From: Ranitomeya imitator
Lineage: Eukaryota
Assembly: GCF_032444005.1 (NCBI RefSeq)
Contig: NC_091286.1
Location: 487,692,001-487,756,000 of the forward strand
Length of the DNA stretch: 64,000 nucleotides
Direction: 5' to 3'
The notes beneath the pieces are model-generated. The model saw nothing but the letters and a program-made list of their open reading frames with translations. It ran no database searches and was not told where the DNA came from. This document shows positions 10,940 to 23,689 of the stretch, piece after piece. How positions within the stretch are numbered: position 1 is the stretch's first letter; each line of letters begins with the position of its first letter. The translations under genes were made by a program, and so were the position numbers.

Positions 10940-11167
10940 AAGATTATTAACTAAAAGACCTTATCTCTGACAACATTTTTCCATGTTAATGATTTTTCAC
11001 ATTCATTTTACAGATATATTACCACTAACTGATTATCTAGCACATTTGGCCACAAAGAATCAGCAAATAGCCTCGGGAGTATAAAAGCACATCTCTCCAA
11101 GTGTAAAGTTCTCTTCATTTGGTTGAGCAGCTGAAGAGAAGGGAAAACACAGCTTGGCACAGTAAGG
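10940..11167 (+). promoter_or_regulatory. Candidate TATA promoter plus short non-coding first exon
   Basis: HNF1-like sites (10940-10951, GTTAATGATT at 10985), GATA TTATCT (10961, 11033), TATAAAAG (11080-11087), donor-like ACA|GTAAGG at 11161/11162. Motif-based only. Confidence 0.35.
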
Positions 11168-11656
11168 ATCATGTAGTTTTTTATAATAATAATATAAATG
11201 TAGACAAACATACATAAATATGAATCAAAATGTACATAAAAATATAGTCTTACTATTCTGAGGATAAAAATCAGAGAAACGTACGAGGAATTCCTCTTTA
11301 GATTTGATTTTTGCATTTGATGTTATTCATTACTTAAACAAAAGTTAATTGCAAATCAACTTATACCTAACTGTTTAACAGTCAATCCTGCCATGTTCTA
11401 ATATAATTACACTATTTTTCCTTTTTTTTTAATTATGTCTTAGTTTCTTGAGACTGACTAATTCTAGTGTGGGTGCAGATTATTTTGTTATTATGAACTT
11501 TACTATTTGTAGAATGATTTGTGTGATATGTCCAAATATTGAATGTTGGGTGTTCAATAAATTGGTTACTTGCTGATAAGAATATGAACAATGCATAATT
11601 ATTGCAACCTAATTTATTTCAGTATATTGCCAAATATATGCTTAATATATTAAAGG

Positions 11657-12153
11657 GATGTGCAAATAGGAGATTGAGGAGTACTCAGGTGGATAAGATA
11701 AAAATGACAGATTTTATCAGAATTTTTTTTTTTTTTAAATGAGAAACAATATAACGGGACACAGTCCAGGAGTAAACAGAAGCATCAGGATCACCACTCA
11801 CTAATACAAGAATATTGCACATATCCCATGTATTCAACAGTCAGATGCATAAGTTAATAAGCCATGGCAGGAACTATCCCAACAAAGTAACACCATAAGA
11901 AAAAGCCAAAATAGTAAATATAGATCCCATCTGGGAATGATGCTTGCCAAGGTGAAAGGAGTGGGACCCTGGGCCAGGTGGTGGTACCTTATGCAGCTGA
12001 CTTTGGGATACATGGGAAATGTGAAATATTCTTGTGTTAGTGAGTGGCGATTCTGGTGTTTCTGCTTATTCCTGGACTGTGTCTTTTTTTCTTATTAAAT
12101 CTGTCATTTTTATCTTATCCACCTGAGTACTCCTCATTCTCCCATTTGCACAT
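11657..12153. repeat. Unclassified fold-back element with long imperfect inverted arms
   Basis: GAGGAGTACTCAGGTGGATAAGATAAAAATGACAGATTT and its exact reverse complement at the other end. Inner arms (GACACAGTCCAGGA..ACCACTCACTAA) are also inverted. Confidence 0.6.
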
Positions 12154-13827
12154 GTATTTTTCGGAGTTGGAGTGTATCTTAACTTAGGGTGGGTCACTAC
12201 TTAGTGCCACCACCTCGCAAATAGTATGCAGCTGAGGCTTGTGTTTGCATATATTAAATGGAACCTGACAGCTTATATACGCTGCCAGATCCCCATATCA
12301 GTATGCATCAGACGCTGGTAGCATGATTGCAGCACTATAAGTTAAAAAACTGCAGTGTTTAAGTGAAAAAACATACTTTTACAGCCTTCTGGGACAAAGC
12401 CACAAAGGTGACTTCTTGCAAAGGCCAGTCCTGGCGGCTTCTCTTCAATTCGTTGCCCATGTGACTTCTTTCCCGGCAATTTTTAATATAATTTTCTTAA
12501 AACAATCATACAACCAGTGTGTGAACTGCTGTATGCTTGCCTGTGGATTGGGCAGCAGTTATCAGTGGTAACGTAATGTTTAATGGTCATTTTCTAAACT
12601 CTAATATTGATGTGTTAAAAGGGCAACGACAGAACTAAAAATATTGCTTAAATGGGACTTAATTTAGTTTTTTGGATTGCATTACTTGCTTTTTATTTTG
12701 ACCCATTTCCACATTTGAATCCGGACAAATCTTTTAGTTACAGTGGAGCAGATTTATTACTGGATTTATGTCAAAAATGTAAAAAAAAAAATAAAAATAT
12801 GGCTTTGGCATGCTTTGATAAACAACATTAGTTTGAACTGAGTTGCCAGATGGGATGTATTATAATATACAGTATTTAACCAGTTGCAACAATAAACACA
12901 AGGTTTTTTTCCCCCAAGTGTTGGACTTTGATAAAATGGTTGTGCCCACATTTAGATGCAAAAAAGTTATCCAACTAAGAGGTGGTTTCATGGCTACAAC
13001 AAGGTATTTTTTGCCCAGTAAAGTTTCACCCTTTACCAAAGATATCACATTCACAATATTTACTTTTATTAATGAGACTTATTGGCCCTGACTGGTTTAA
13101 TAATTGACAAAATTGTCCAAAAATGATCCAAATTTGCAGTTTTAATCTACCTTCACTCTGTGTGATAAATTTGTTTTAGTTTTTTCAAGTTTGTATTGTA
13201 TAAAGGTGCATTAAGACTAAGATTATTATCATTGTGAATACTTACCGGTATTCATAACTTATTGTTGTTGGGAATACTTGTTTCCCAATATTTGGCCTAT
13301 CTAAATACTCATTCATCAGGAGAAACTATTTTTAAGCTTGCTTAAAAATTATCCCTCTTGGCAACACATAATGCTGTATAAACAGGACATGTGAAAACAA
13401 TGACATTCTGAGTGCAGAATGATCATGACAACAATCATTCTGTACTTATAGAAATTTGGTCAATCTGTCTAAATAGGCTTGCCGTCAATCTGCTTCTATA
13501 CAGCTGATAGGAGATTAACTAACACTACTGGTCCATTAGCGTAAATGCACTCTGAGCATTTGCACAGGATTAGTAAGTCGGTCTTATTATATGTTCACAT
13601 GTGAAATTGATACCTTTATAGAAAAAATAGGAGAAAAAAATCATAATTTGGAGGCATTTGTTGGGTCTTTGCAGGTTGTAGCCTAGATTCACTGAGACTA
13701 ATGGATAGTGAGAGATTGACTGCCCAGACATCGAACGACAAGCCGATTCATAAGAGTTTAGTGCTGGCATGATTGACATTCCAATTCTGTTCATAATAGC
13801 ATTATGATATAAGCTATTATAACTTAA

Positions 13828-14785
13828 TTCCTTAGTAACCGGGCCACGGTTTTGAAATCTGACAAAAGTCACTTTATGTGGCAATAAATCAGAAATGCTT
13901 CAACATATCCCAGTGATTTTGAGAATGTTTTTGCATGACACATTGTACTTTTTTGAGAGTGGCAAATTTATGTCGATATTGCATGCATTTATTTATTAAA
14001 ATATCAGAAATGTTACAAAAATTTCCAAAAATTAGCAATTTTTGAACTTTTTATGATTATTCCTTTAATTAAGATAGTCCCACCACATAAAAACATTAAT
14101 AAATAACAATTCCCTCATGTCGACTTTACATGTTCACCATTTGTGAAATGTTTATTTCTCTAGCATTTTAGAAGGTTTAAAAATGTAGCTGTAATTTTTT
14201 CATTTTTTCAAGGAAATTTACAAAACTTATTTTTTTATGGACCTATTAAGTTTCGAAGCAACTTTCGGGGCCCTTTATATCAGAAACCCCCAAAAGTGAT
14301 ACCACACTAAAAACAGTGCACCGCAACATATTCAATATTGCTTTCAGGTAGTTTATTAACCCTTCAGGTGCTTTGCAGGAATTAATGCAAAGTGGCATGA
14401 CAGGAATGAAGACATTTATTTTTACCATACAAATGTTGCTAACTTCTGAACAGGTCACTGGTACCGGCAGACTCTAAGGCCATTATTTGGCCATGAATTG
14501 CTATGGCAAACATCAAGACCACACAACCAAGATCTCAGGGTAGCTATGGTGTTAAAGAGGGAGCCCCACACCCTGTTAACCATCTAGATACTGTAGTCTT
14601 TATTGACAGCAGCATTTAAGAGGTTAAATGACTATAGTCAGTACCAACACTCATTGTGGCTGATGTAGCAAGTTGTCAGCTATAGTGTACAACTGGCAGT
14701 TACAGTATGGTCACCCATCGGGATATGCTAATCTTTTATATTTCAGGTCAGTAAAAAAATATATCGGTGGTCACTAAGGGACTAA
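13828..14785. mobile_element. Old copy of a roughly 960-bp piggyBac-like MITE
   Basis: Colinear with 16164-17123 over its whole length. Degenerate ends TTAATTCCTTAGTAACCG and GGTCACTAAGGGACTAA. Confidence 0.65.
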
Positions 14786-16163
14786 GGCACTAAGGGACAA
14801 TATTGTGATCACAATAGTTATTGAATTGCCATGAAAATTATAAACTACCAAGCAGAAATGAAAAACTGGTACAGCAACAATATGTCCTAAATATTTGTGA
14901 GAAATTGTCACAGTTTTTCTCATGTCACTCCAAAATTTCTTTGCCATTATTTTCCAAAGTTAATGCATAAACAATGCAACTTTGTAATGATTTTGGAAAA
15001 CTGCTGTAAAATGTGGTGACACAATATCATATTATTATCAAAATGTGTCAACATTTGAACTGTTATGGTGATTAAAATATAGTGTATATTATGATATACG
15101 TAAAACATATTCACCAAGTGAAACATTTAAAGAGAGGGCAAGGTACATTTTACACCAAGGTTTCTCTATGCGCCCACGTAAGGAGAGACTTGTCAATCAA
15201 GCAGAGAGAGGGGTGAGGAAGAGAGCAGGGACCCATTTCAAGCCACCATTTTCAAATATATTTTTTCAGGCTAAATATACATTTTAGGAATGAGGGAATC
15301 AGTATCTGATTCATGCTGTCCATGATTCTGTTAACATCAATCAATCTCGTTATTTAAATGCGAGCAATCTCTGGTCAGTAGATGGAATCATTAAGAGACA
15401 TGGCTAAACAAACCTTTGTTCAATTGATAATAAAATGGTATTTGCACTGCTTTATCAATTATGTAGCTGGAGATGAGGTAAAACTATTTCCACACCTATA
15501 GGACCTTCATGCCATTGTGTGTGAATAATTCACAGTCAACTAAAAAAATCAAACACTGATGTTAATGAATGACAGGAAGAGTATCAGCCTTTATTATAAC
15601 TATTCACTGCTGCAGCTGACAAGTAACTGCCTCTAAACCACATTTATCCCATTTATCAGTAGACTTATTAATCTAGAGGTTTAGTAATAATGTATGTCGC
15701 TAACCTAGTACACTTTAGCAATGTATTTAATGCGTAATAGCTGTCACATAAAGAAAGGTCACATTCTTATTAGGAGTTAACAGGGAAGAATAGAAAGTGC
15801 ATTCCTTGCCATACATAATCTAGTTTAGGACCTGATCTTTCTCACTACATTAGTGAGTAATGCAGTTAAAGTGCATCTAGCATAACAAATAGGGACAAAT
15901 TAGCTGTAGTATGTGGGGCAGAAGAAATGTTTATTTGTAGTAAGATAAATCTTAACATCCTTTGCCTTTTTGTAAAATCATAAAACAGTGACTTTTGACA
16001 CAAGCTGACTTACTGGGTATTTGTTAGTTTGCAATTGCACATCCGCATTGTATTGAAAGAAAGATCCATGTACCAAGACCAGATCAGTGATGGTGGAGAT
16101 ACCTGAGGAAATGTAGTTGTTATACATGCATGCAGTAAGAAGTGGCATTTGATATTGTATTAA

Positions 16164-17123
16164 CCCCTTAGTGACCGAGCCAAATTTTTGAAATCTGACC
16201 AGTGTCACTTTATGTGGTAATAACTCTGCAACGCTTCAACAAATCCCAGTGATTTTGAGATTGTTTTTTCGTGACACATTATACTTTATGATAATGGTAA
16301 ATTTTGTTCAACATTTTTTGTGTTTATTTATAAAAAATATAAAAAATGTGAGAAAAATGTTAAAAAATTAGCAATTTTCTAAATTTGAATGATTATCCCT
16401 TTAATCCAGATAGTCATACCACAGCAAACCATTAATAAATAACATTTCCCACATGTCGGCTTTACATCAGGACCATTTGTAAAATGTTCTTTTATTTTGT
16501 CAGCATTTTAGGAGGTTTAAAAATGTAGCAGCAATTTTTCATTTTTTCAAAGAAATTTACAAAATTTATTTTTTTAGGGACTTATCCATGTTTGAAGTGA
16601 CTTTAGGGGTCCCATATATTGGGAAACCCACAAACGTGATACCATTTTAAAAACAGCACCCCTAAACATATTGAAAACTGCTGTCAGGTCGTTTATTAAC
16701 CTTTCAGGTGCTTTACAGGACTTAATGCAAAGTGGTATGACAGAAATGAAAATGTGTATTTTTACCACCTAAATGTTGCTAACTTCTAAACAAATTACAA
16801 CAGCCGTCAGACTCTAAGGCCGCTATTTGGTCATGAATTGCCATGGCAAACATCAGGACAACAAAATCATGATCTGAGGGCACCAATTGTGACAAAGAAG
16901 AAGCCCCCACACTCTGTTAACCATTTATAATGATGTAGTCACTATTGACAGCAGCATCTAAGGGGTTAAACAGATTTAGATGGTGCAAATACTGATCGTG
17001 GCTGATACAGCAAGTTGTCAGCTATAGTGTACAACCAACAGATGCTGGATTGTTACCTGTATGGGGAAGCTATTCTCTTATATCTCAGGTCAGTTAAAAG
17101 ACGTATTGGCGGTCATTAAGGGG
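16164..17123. mobile_element. piggyBac-like MITE (960 bp)
   Basis: TTAA TSD (16160-16163, 17124-17127). TIR CCCCTTAGTGACCG versus CCCCTTAATGACCG (1 mismatch). Confidence 0.85.
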
Positions 17124-17419
17124 TTAATGTGCCCTACGTGAACTTGGTGGCAACCTGTACCAAACGGGTGGCATGCAGCCAGGGGCACAAGGCCAGAAAG
17201 CACTTATGGCATTGTTAGCTGTACTTTAAATAAAATAATATATACTTGAGCTGTATTAGCACTAGGCCAAGCTCACATGAGTGTGAAGAAAGACCTATTT
17301 TTTATTACAAGGTGGAAAGCAACAGTTTCCTACAAGCTAATGTTTGTATATATATATACTAGCTATTGAACCCGTTCTATGCCCGGGTGGCGAGCATTTA
17401 TATTGGTATATGGTCTCCA

Positions 17420-17740
17420 TCCTGGTATGTGCTGCTCCATCCTGCGTCCCCATCCTGTCATGTGCTGCACCCATCCTGCGTCCCCATCCTGTCATGTGCT
17501 GCTCCATCCTGCACCCCCATCCTGTCATGTGCTGCTTTATCCTGTGTCCCCATCCTGTCATGTGCTGCTCCCATTCTGCACTCCCATTCTGTCATGTGCT
17601 GCACCCATCCTGCGCCCCCATCCTGTCATGTGCTGCACCCATCCTGCGTCCCCATCCTGTCATGTGCTGCTCCCATCCTGGGCCTCCATTCTGACATGTG
17701 CTGCTCTCATCCTACGCCACCATTCTTTAATTTGCTGCTC
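17420..17740. repeat. About 34-bp minisatellite (CATCCTGCGTCCCCATCCTGTCATGTGCTGCTCC)
   Basis: About 8-9 tandem imperfect units. Confidence 0.85.
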
Positions 17741-17744
17741 CCAT

Positions 17745-18615
17745 CCATATGCCCCATACGCTGCTCCATAAAGGTTTATGGCCCCCATAAGATGCTCCAT
17801 AGTATATGCACCGTACACTGCTCCATAAAGGTTGATGGCCCCCATAAGATGCTCCATAGTATATGTCCCCGTACGCTGTTCCATAAAGGTTTATGGCCCC
17901 CATAAGATGCTCCATGGTGTATGCCCCCATACACTGCTCCATTATGGTTTATGGCCCCCATGAGATGCTCCATGGTATATGCCCCCATACACTGCTCCAT
18001 TATGGTTTATGTCCCCATAAGATGCTCCATTGTATATGCCCCCGTACACTGCTCCATTATGGTTTATGGCCCCATAAGATGCTCCATTGTATATGCCCCC
18101 GTACACTACTCCATTATGGTTTATGGCCCCATAAGATGGTCCATTGTATATGCCCCCGTACACTGCTCCATTATGGTTTATGGCCCCCATAAGATGCTCC
18201 ATTGTATATGTCCCCGTACACTGCTCCATTATGGTTTATGGCCCCATAAGATGCTCCATGGTATATGCCCCCGTACACTGCTCCATTATGGTTTATGGCC
18301 CCATAAGATGCTCCATTGTATATGCCCCGTACACTGCTCCATTATGGTTTATGGCCCCATAAGATGCTCCATTGTATATGCCCCTGTACACTACTCCATT
18401 ATGGTTTATGGCCCCATAAGACGCTCCAGTGTGTATGCCCCCGTACACTGCTCCATTATGGTTTATGGCCCCCATAAGATGCTCCATAGTGTATGCCCCC
18501 GTACACTGCTCCATTATGGTTGATGGCCCCCATAAGACGCTCCAGTGTGTATGCCCCCGTACACTGCTCCATTATGGTTTATGGCCCCATAAGATGCTCT
18601 ATGGTATATGCCCTG
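17745..18615. repeat. About 58-bp minisatellite (TATATGCCCCCGTACACTGCTCCATTATGGTTTATGGCCCCATAAGATGCTCCATTG)
   Basis: About 15 tandem units; accounts for the repetitive ORFs in the track. Confidence 0.9.
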
Positions 18616-19017
18616 TATTCTGCTGCAATATATGAAAAAAAAAAATACCATACTCACCTATCGTCGCTGGGCGCCGAGTGCTGGGGGGCCTGAGCAGGCG
18701 GGGACACCGGCGCGCTGTGGGGGTCAGGTGCCGGTATCGCTGCTAGTTCAGGCCCCCCAGCACTTGCTATATTCACCTGGCCCCATTCCACCGCTGCGCG
18801 CCGCCATCTTCCGGGTCCTCTGGCTGTGACTGGTCAGTCAGAGGGCGGCGCGCATTAAGCGTGTCATCACGCCCTCTGAACTGAACGTCACAGGCAGAGG
18901 ACCCGGAAGATGGCAGCGCGCAGCGGTGGAACGGGGCCAGGTGAATATAGCCGATACTTACCCTCTTGGCGGTCCCTGCTTCTCTGTTGGAGATCGCGGT
19001 GTGCATTCAGTGTTTAC

Positions 19018-20351
19018 TAGTGTTGAGCATTCCGATACCGCAAGTATCGGGTATCGGCCGATACTTGCGGTATCGGAATTCCGATACCGAGATCCGATAC
19101 TTTTGTGGTATCGGGTATCGGTATCGGATACATAGAGATGTGTAAAATAAAGAATTAAAATAAAAAATATTGATATATTTACCTCTCCGGTGGCCCCTGG
19201 ACTCAGCGCGGGTAACCGGCAGGCTTCGTTGTTCAAAATCAGCGCTTTTAGGACCTGAGAATCACGTCCCGGCTTCTGATTGGTCGCGGGCCGCCCATGT
19301 GACCGCCACGCGACCAATCACAAGCCGCGACGTCACCGCAAGCTATTAGCGCGCTCATTTTTGAAAAATGAGCGCGTTAATGACTTTCAAAGACGTAGCA
19401 GCTTGTGATTGGTCGCGGCCACGCGACCAATCACAAGCCGCGACGTCACCGCAAGCTATTAACGCGCTCATTTTTAAAAATGAGCGCGTTAATGGCTTTC
19501 AAAGACGTAGCGGCTTGTGATTGGTCGCGTGGCCGCGACCAATCACAAGCCGCGACGTCACCGCAAGCTATTAACGCGCTCATTTTTGAAAAATGAGCGC
19601 GTTAATGACTTTCAAAGACGTAGCGGCTTGTGATTGGTCGCGGCCACGCGACCAATCACAAGCCGCTACGTCTTTGAAAGCCATTAACGCACTCATTTTT
19701 AAAAATGAGCGCGTTAATAGCTTGCGGTGACGTCGCGGCTTGTGATTGGTCGCGTGGCCGCGACCAATCACAAGCCGCTACGTCTTTGAAAGCCATTAAC
19801 GCGCTCATTTTTAAAAATGAGCGCGTTAATAGCTTGCGGTGACGTCGCGGCTTGTGATTGGTCGCGGCCACGCGACCAATCACAAGCCGCTACGTCTTTG
19901 AAAGCCATTAACGCGCTCATTTTTAAAAATGAGCGCGTTAATAGCTTGCGGTGACGTCGCGGCTTGTGATTGGTCGCGTGGCGGTCACATGGGCGGCCCG
20001 CGACCAATCAGAAGCCGGGACGTGATTCTCAGGTCCTAAAAGCGCTGATTTTGAACAAAGAAGCCTGCCGGTTACCCGCGCTGAGTTCAGGGGCCGCCGG
20101 AGAGGTAAATATATCAATATTTTTTATTTTAATTCTTTATTTTACACATCCCTATGGATCCCAGGGCCTGAAGGAGAGTTTCCTCTCCTTCAGACCCTGG
20201 GAACCATGAGAATACCTTCCGATACTTGATGTCCCATTGACTTGTATTGGTATCGGATATCGGTATCGGCGATATCCGATATTTTTCGGGTATCGGCCGA
20301 TACTATCCGATACCGATACTTTCAAGTATCGGACGGTATCGCTCAACACTA
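19018..20351. mobile_element. hAT-type fold-back MITE
   Basis: TIR TAGTGTTGAGC/GCTCAACACTA, 8-bp TSD GTGTTTAC (19010-19017, 20352-20359). Interior 19135-20148 is a near-perfect inverted repeat. Confidence 0.92.
19309..19978. repeat. Six 112-113-bp palindromic units, three forward and three reversed
   Basis: Units start at 19309, 19422, 19534, 19647, 19759 and 19871. Each begins CGCGACCAATCACAAGCCGC, ends in the reverse complement of that, and is centred on GCGCTCATTTTT(G/-)AAAAATGAGCGC. Confidence 0.92.
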
Positions 20352-20458
20352 GTGTTTACGCATACCGCGATCTCCTGGGAGCGTCACTCTCTGGGGGCCA
20401 GACTGCGCCGGCTCTTACGCAGTCTATAAAGGCTTCGGACAGAGTGACGCTCCCAGCG

Positions 20459-20460
<2 letters not shown>

Positions 20461-20497
<37 letters not shown>

Positions 20498-20521
20498 CAT
20501 ATACACATATATATATATATA
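20461..20521. repeat. (TA)n microsatellite at the Helitron/Tc1 junction
   Basis: Directly visible. Confidence 0.95.
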
Positions 20522-23050
20522 CAGTGAATCAAATAATTATTTGATCTTTTGCTGATTTTGCAAGTTTGCCCACTGACAAAGACATGGACAGTCTATAATT
20601 TAACCCCTTTCTGACCTTGGACGGGATAGTATGTCCGAGGTCAGATACCCCGCTTTGATGCAGGGCTCCAGCGGTGAGCATGCATCAAAGCCGGGACATG
20701 TCAACTGTTTTCAACAGCTGACATGTGTCCGCAATAGCGGCGGGTGAAATCATGATTCACCCGCCACTATTAACTAGTTAAATGCCGCTGTCAAATGCTG
20801 ACAGCGGCATTTAACCGGCACTTCTGGCCATCCGGCTGGAAATGAGCACATCGCTGAACCCCATCAAATGATCCGGGGTCAGCGATGCTTCTGCATAGTA
20901 ACCATAGAGGTCCTTGAGACCTCTATGGTTACTGATCCCGGCTAGCTGCGAGCACCACATTGTGGTCGGCGCACATAGCACACCTGCAATTCAGCTACAT
21001 AGCAGCTATCTGATGATCGCTGCTATGTAGCAGAGATCGAGTTGTGCCAGCTTCTAGCTTCCTATGGAGGCTATTGAAGCATGGCAAAAGTTAAAAAAAA
21101 GTTAAAAAAATGTGAAAAAAATAAAAAAATATAAAAGTTTAAATCACCCCCCTTTCGCCCCATTCAAAATAAATCAATAAAAAAATCAAACCTACACATA
21201 TTTGATACCACCGCGTTCAGAATCGCCCGATCTATCAATAAAAAAAGGATTAACCTGATCACTAAATGGCGTAGAGAGAAAAAAATGTGAAACGCCAGAA
21301 TTACGTTTTTTTGGTCGCGGCGACATTGCATTAAAATGCAACAACGGGCGATCAAAAGAACGTATCTGCACCAAAATGGTATCATTAAAAACGACAGCTA
21401 GGCATGCAAAAAATAAGTCCTTAACCAACCCCAGATCATGAAAAATGAAGACGCTACGGGTATCGGAAAATGGCGCAATTTTTTTTTTTTTTAGCAAAGT
21501 TTGGAATTTTTTTCACCACTTAGATAAAAAATAACCTAGACATGTTAGGTGTCAATGAACTCATAATGACCTGGATAATCATAATGGCAGGTCAGTTTTA
21601 GCAGTTAATGAACCTAGCAAAAAAGCCAAGCAAAAAACAAGTGTGGGATTGCACTTTTTTTGCTATTTCACCACACTTGGAATTTTTTTTTCCCGTTTTC
21701 TAGTACGCAACATGCTAAAACCACTGATGTCATTCAAAAGTACAACTTGTTTTGCAAAAAATGCGCCCTGACATGGCCATATTGACGGAAAAATAAAAAA
21801 AGTTATGGCTCTGGGAAGGAGGGGAGCGAAAAACGAACACGGAAAAACAGAAAATCCCAAGGTCATGAAGGGGTTAATGGTAGGTTAATTTTAACACTAA
21901 GAGATAGAATACCAAAAATATTGTATACATTATATAAATGTATTTGCATTTTACAGTGAGAAATATGTATTTGATCCCTCTGGCAAACAAGACTTAATAC
22001 TTGGTGGCAAAACCCTTGTTGGCTATCAGTCAAATTTTTTTTTAGTTGATGATGAGGTTTGCGCACATTTCAGGATGAAATTTGTTCATCTCCTCTTTGC
22101 AGATCATCTCTAAATCATTAAGAGTTTGAGGCTGTCGTCTGGCAACTCGGAGCTTCAACTCCCTCCATAAGTTTTCTATGGGACTAAGCTTTGGAGACTG
22201 GCCAGGCCACCCCATGACCTTAATGTTCTTCTTTATGAATCACTCCTTTCTTCCCTTGGCTGTTTGTTTTGGTTTATTTTCTTGCTGGAAGACCCAGTCA
22301 CGACCCATTTTTAATGTCAGGTTGGAGGGAAGGATGTTGTCATTCAGGATTTTACAGTATATGACTCCATCCATTCTCGCATTGATTTGGTGAAGTAGTC
22401 CTTTACCATTAGCAGAGAAACACACCCGAAACATAATGATTCCACCTTCATGCTTGACAGTGGGGACAGTGTTCTTTGGGTCATAGGCAGTATTTCTCTA
22501 CCTCCAAACACGGCGAGTTGAGTTAATGCCAAATACCTCAATTTTTGTCTCATCTGACCACAGCACCTTCTCCCAGTCACTCACAGAATCATCCAAGTGT
22601 TCATATGCAAACTTCAGACAGGCCTGCACATATGCCTTCTTGCGTAGGAGGACCTAGCTGGCACTGCAGGATATTAAACCTTTACAGTGTAAAGTGTTGC
22701 CAATTATTTTCTTGGTGACTGTGCTCCCAGCTACCTTGAGATCATTAACAAGCTCCTTCCATGTAGTTTTAGGTTGATCTCTGACTTTTCACATGATTAA
22801 GGATACCCCACGAGGTGAGATTTTGCATGATGTCAATTGACAGTCATTTTGTATTTCTTCCACTTTCTTACTATTGAACCAACAGTTGTCTCCCTCTCAC
22901 CTAGCATCTTACTTTTGTAGCCCATTCCAGCTTTGTGCAGGTCAACGATCTTGTCACTGACATCTTTATAAAACTCTTTGGTCTTGCCCATGTTGAAGAG
23001 GTTAAAGTCTGACTGATTAATTAAGTCTATGCAAAGGAGTCTTTTGTAAT
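20522..23050 (-). mobile_element. Degenerate Tc1 transposon, right end lost, interrupted by a piggyBac-like MITE
   Basis: TA|CAGTG start. TIR sequence resumes after the insertion at 21877. Minus-strand transposase fragments (MDGVIYCKILNDN...WVFQQENKPKQT; WSDETK-like region). Confidence 0.8.
20604..21873. mobile_element. piggyBac-like MITE (1270 bp)
   Basis: TTAA TSD (20600-20603, 21874-21877). TIR CCCCTTTCTGACCTTGG versus CCCCTTCATGACCTTGG. Confidence 0.85.
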
Positions 23051-23689
23051 TATTAGAGATGAGCGGTGTTCAAGTAGAACTGTTCGCCAATTTCAAATTC
23101 AAGCTGTTTTGGGCGATGTTCGAGTCGTTCGACAAACCCGAACAATTTGCTTAAAATTCGTTGTTAATAAACTGTTTCAGTGTATAGTGGGCGGGAGATA
23201 GATCTGTGCTGAAATAACGCCGATCTCCATTTTTTTTCCATCCCGCATTTACAGTGGGGTGGTGCAGTCTCTCAGCCTATCAGCAGTGCACACACACACA
23301 ACAATGTGCATGTGATGCACACAAGCAAGGGCATGTGTCATTGGCTGTGTATGTCACATGTCCTTGCCTTATAAGAACCATCCATTTGCCCCGTCACCAC
23401 CATTTCCTCACTGATGCAGCTGAGTGTTAGACGGCACAGCTGCTGCTCTGGGCGCTATACAGACTAAAAGTGTTTTTTTGGAGCGAATTGTCAGAGAGAT
23501 AGGTTTAGGGAGTCGGAAGGAGTCGGGACTAGTTGTAATACCTGCCCTTTTCAGGGTAGGTTACAGCAGTTCATAGTACTGTTTGCCAGGCAGGTCTGTG
23601 CCAGTGCTGTGCAAGAGTTTGTCACAGCATTTGGTGTAATCTAGCTCAGCCAAACCTTTTGGGCTAGTAGCATTGTCTGATAGTCATCT

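Larger units (their letters stand above)
17359..20470 (-). mobile_element. Non-autonomous Helitron with internal minisatellites and a nested hAT MITE
   Basis: On the minus strand it ends with the hairpin ACCCG-GGCATAGAA-CGGGT, then CTAG followed by T, which is the canonical Helitron 3' end. The 5' end merges into (TA)n, so the TC terminus is unreadable. A 16-bp inverted repeat lies at 20375-20390/20441-20456. Confidence 0.7.

Noticed and set aside
11015-11083. Possible coding exon after TTTTACAG (ILPLTDYLAHLATKNQQIASGV*)
   Set aside because: No similarity to the SI C-terminus or any protein I recognise; a promoter reading fits better.
17344-18693. Many Cys/His/Pro-rich ORFs
   Set aside because: These are translations of 34-bp and 58-bp minisatellites.
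19309-19978. CRISPR-like look of regularly spaced palindromic repeats
   Set aside because: There are no unique spacers and no cas genes. The array lies inside a TSD-flanked hAT MITE in a vertebrate context.
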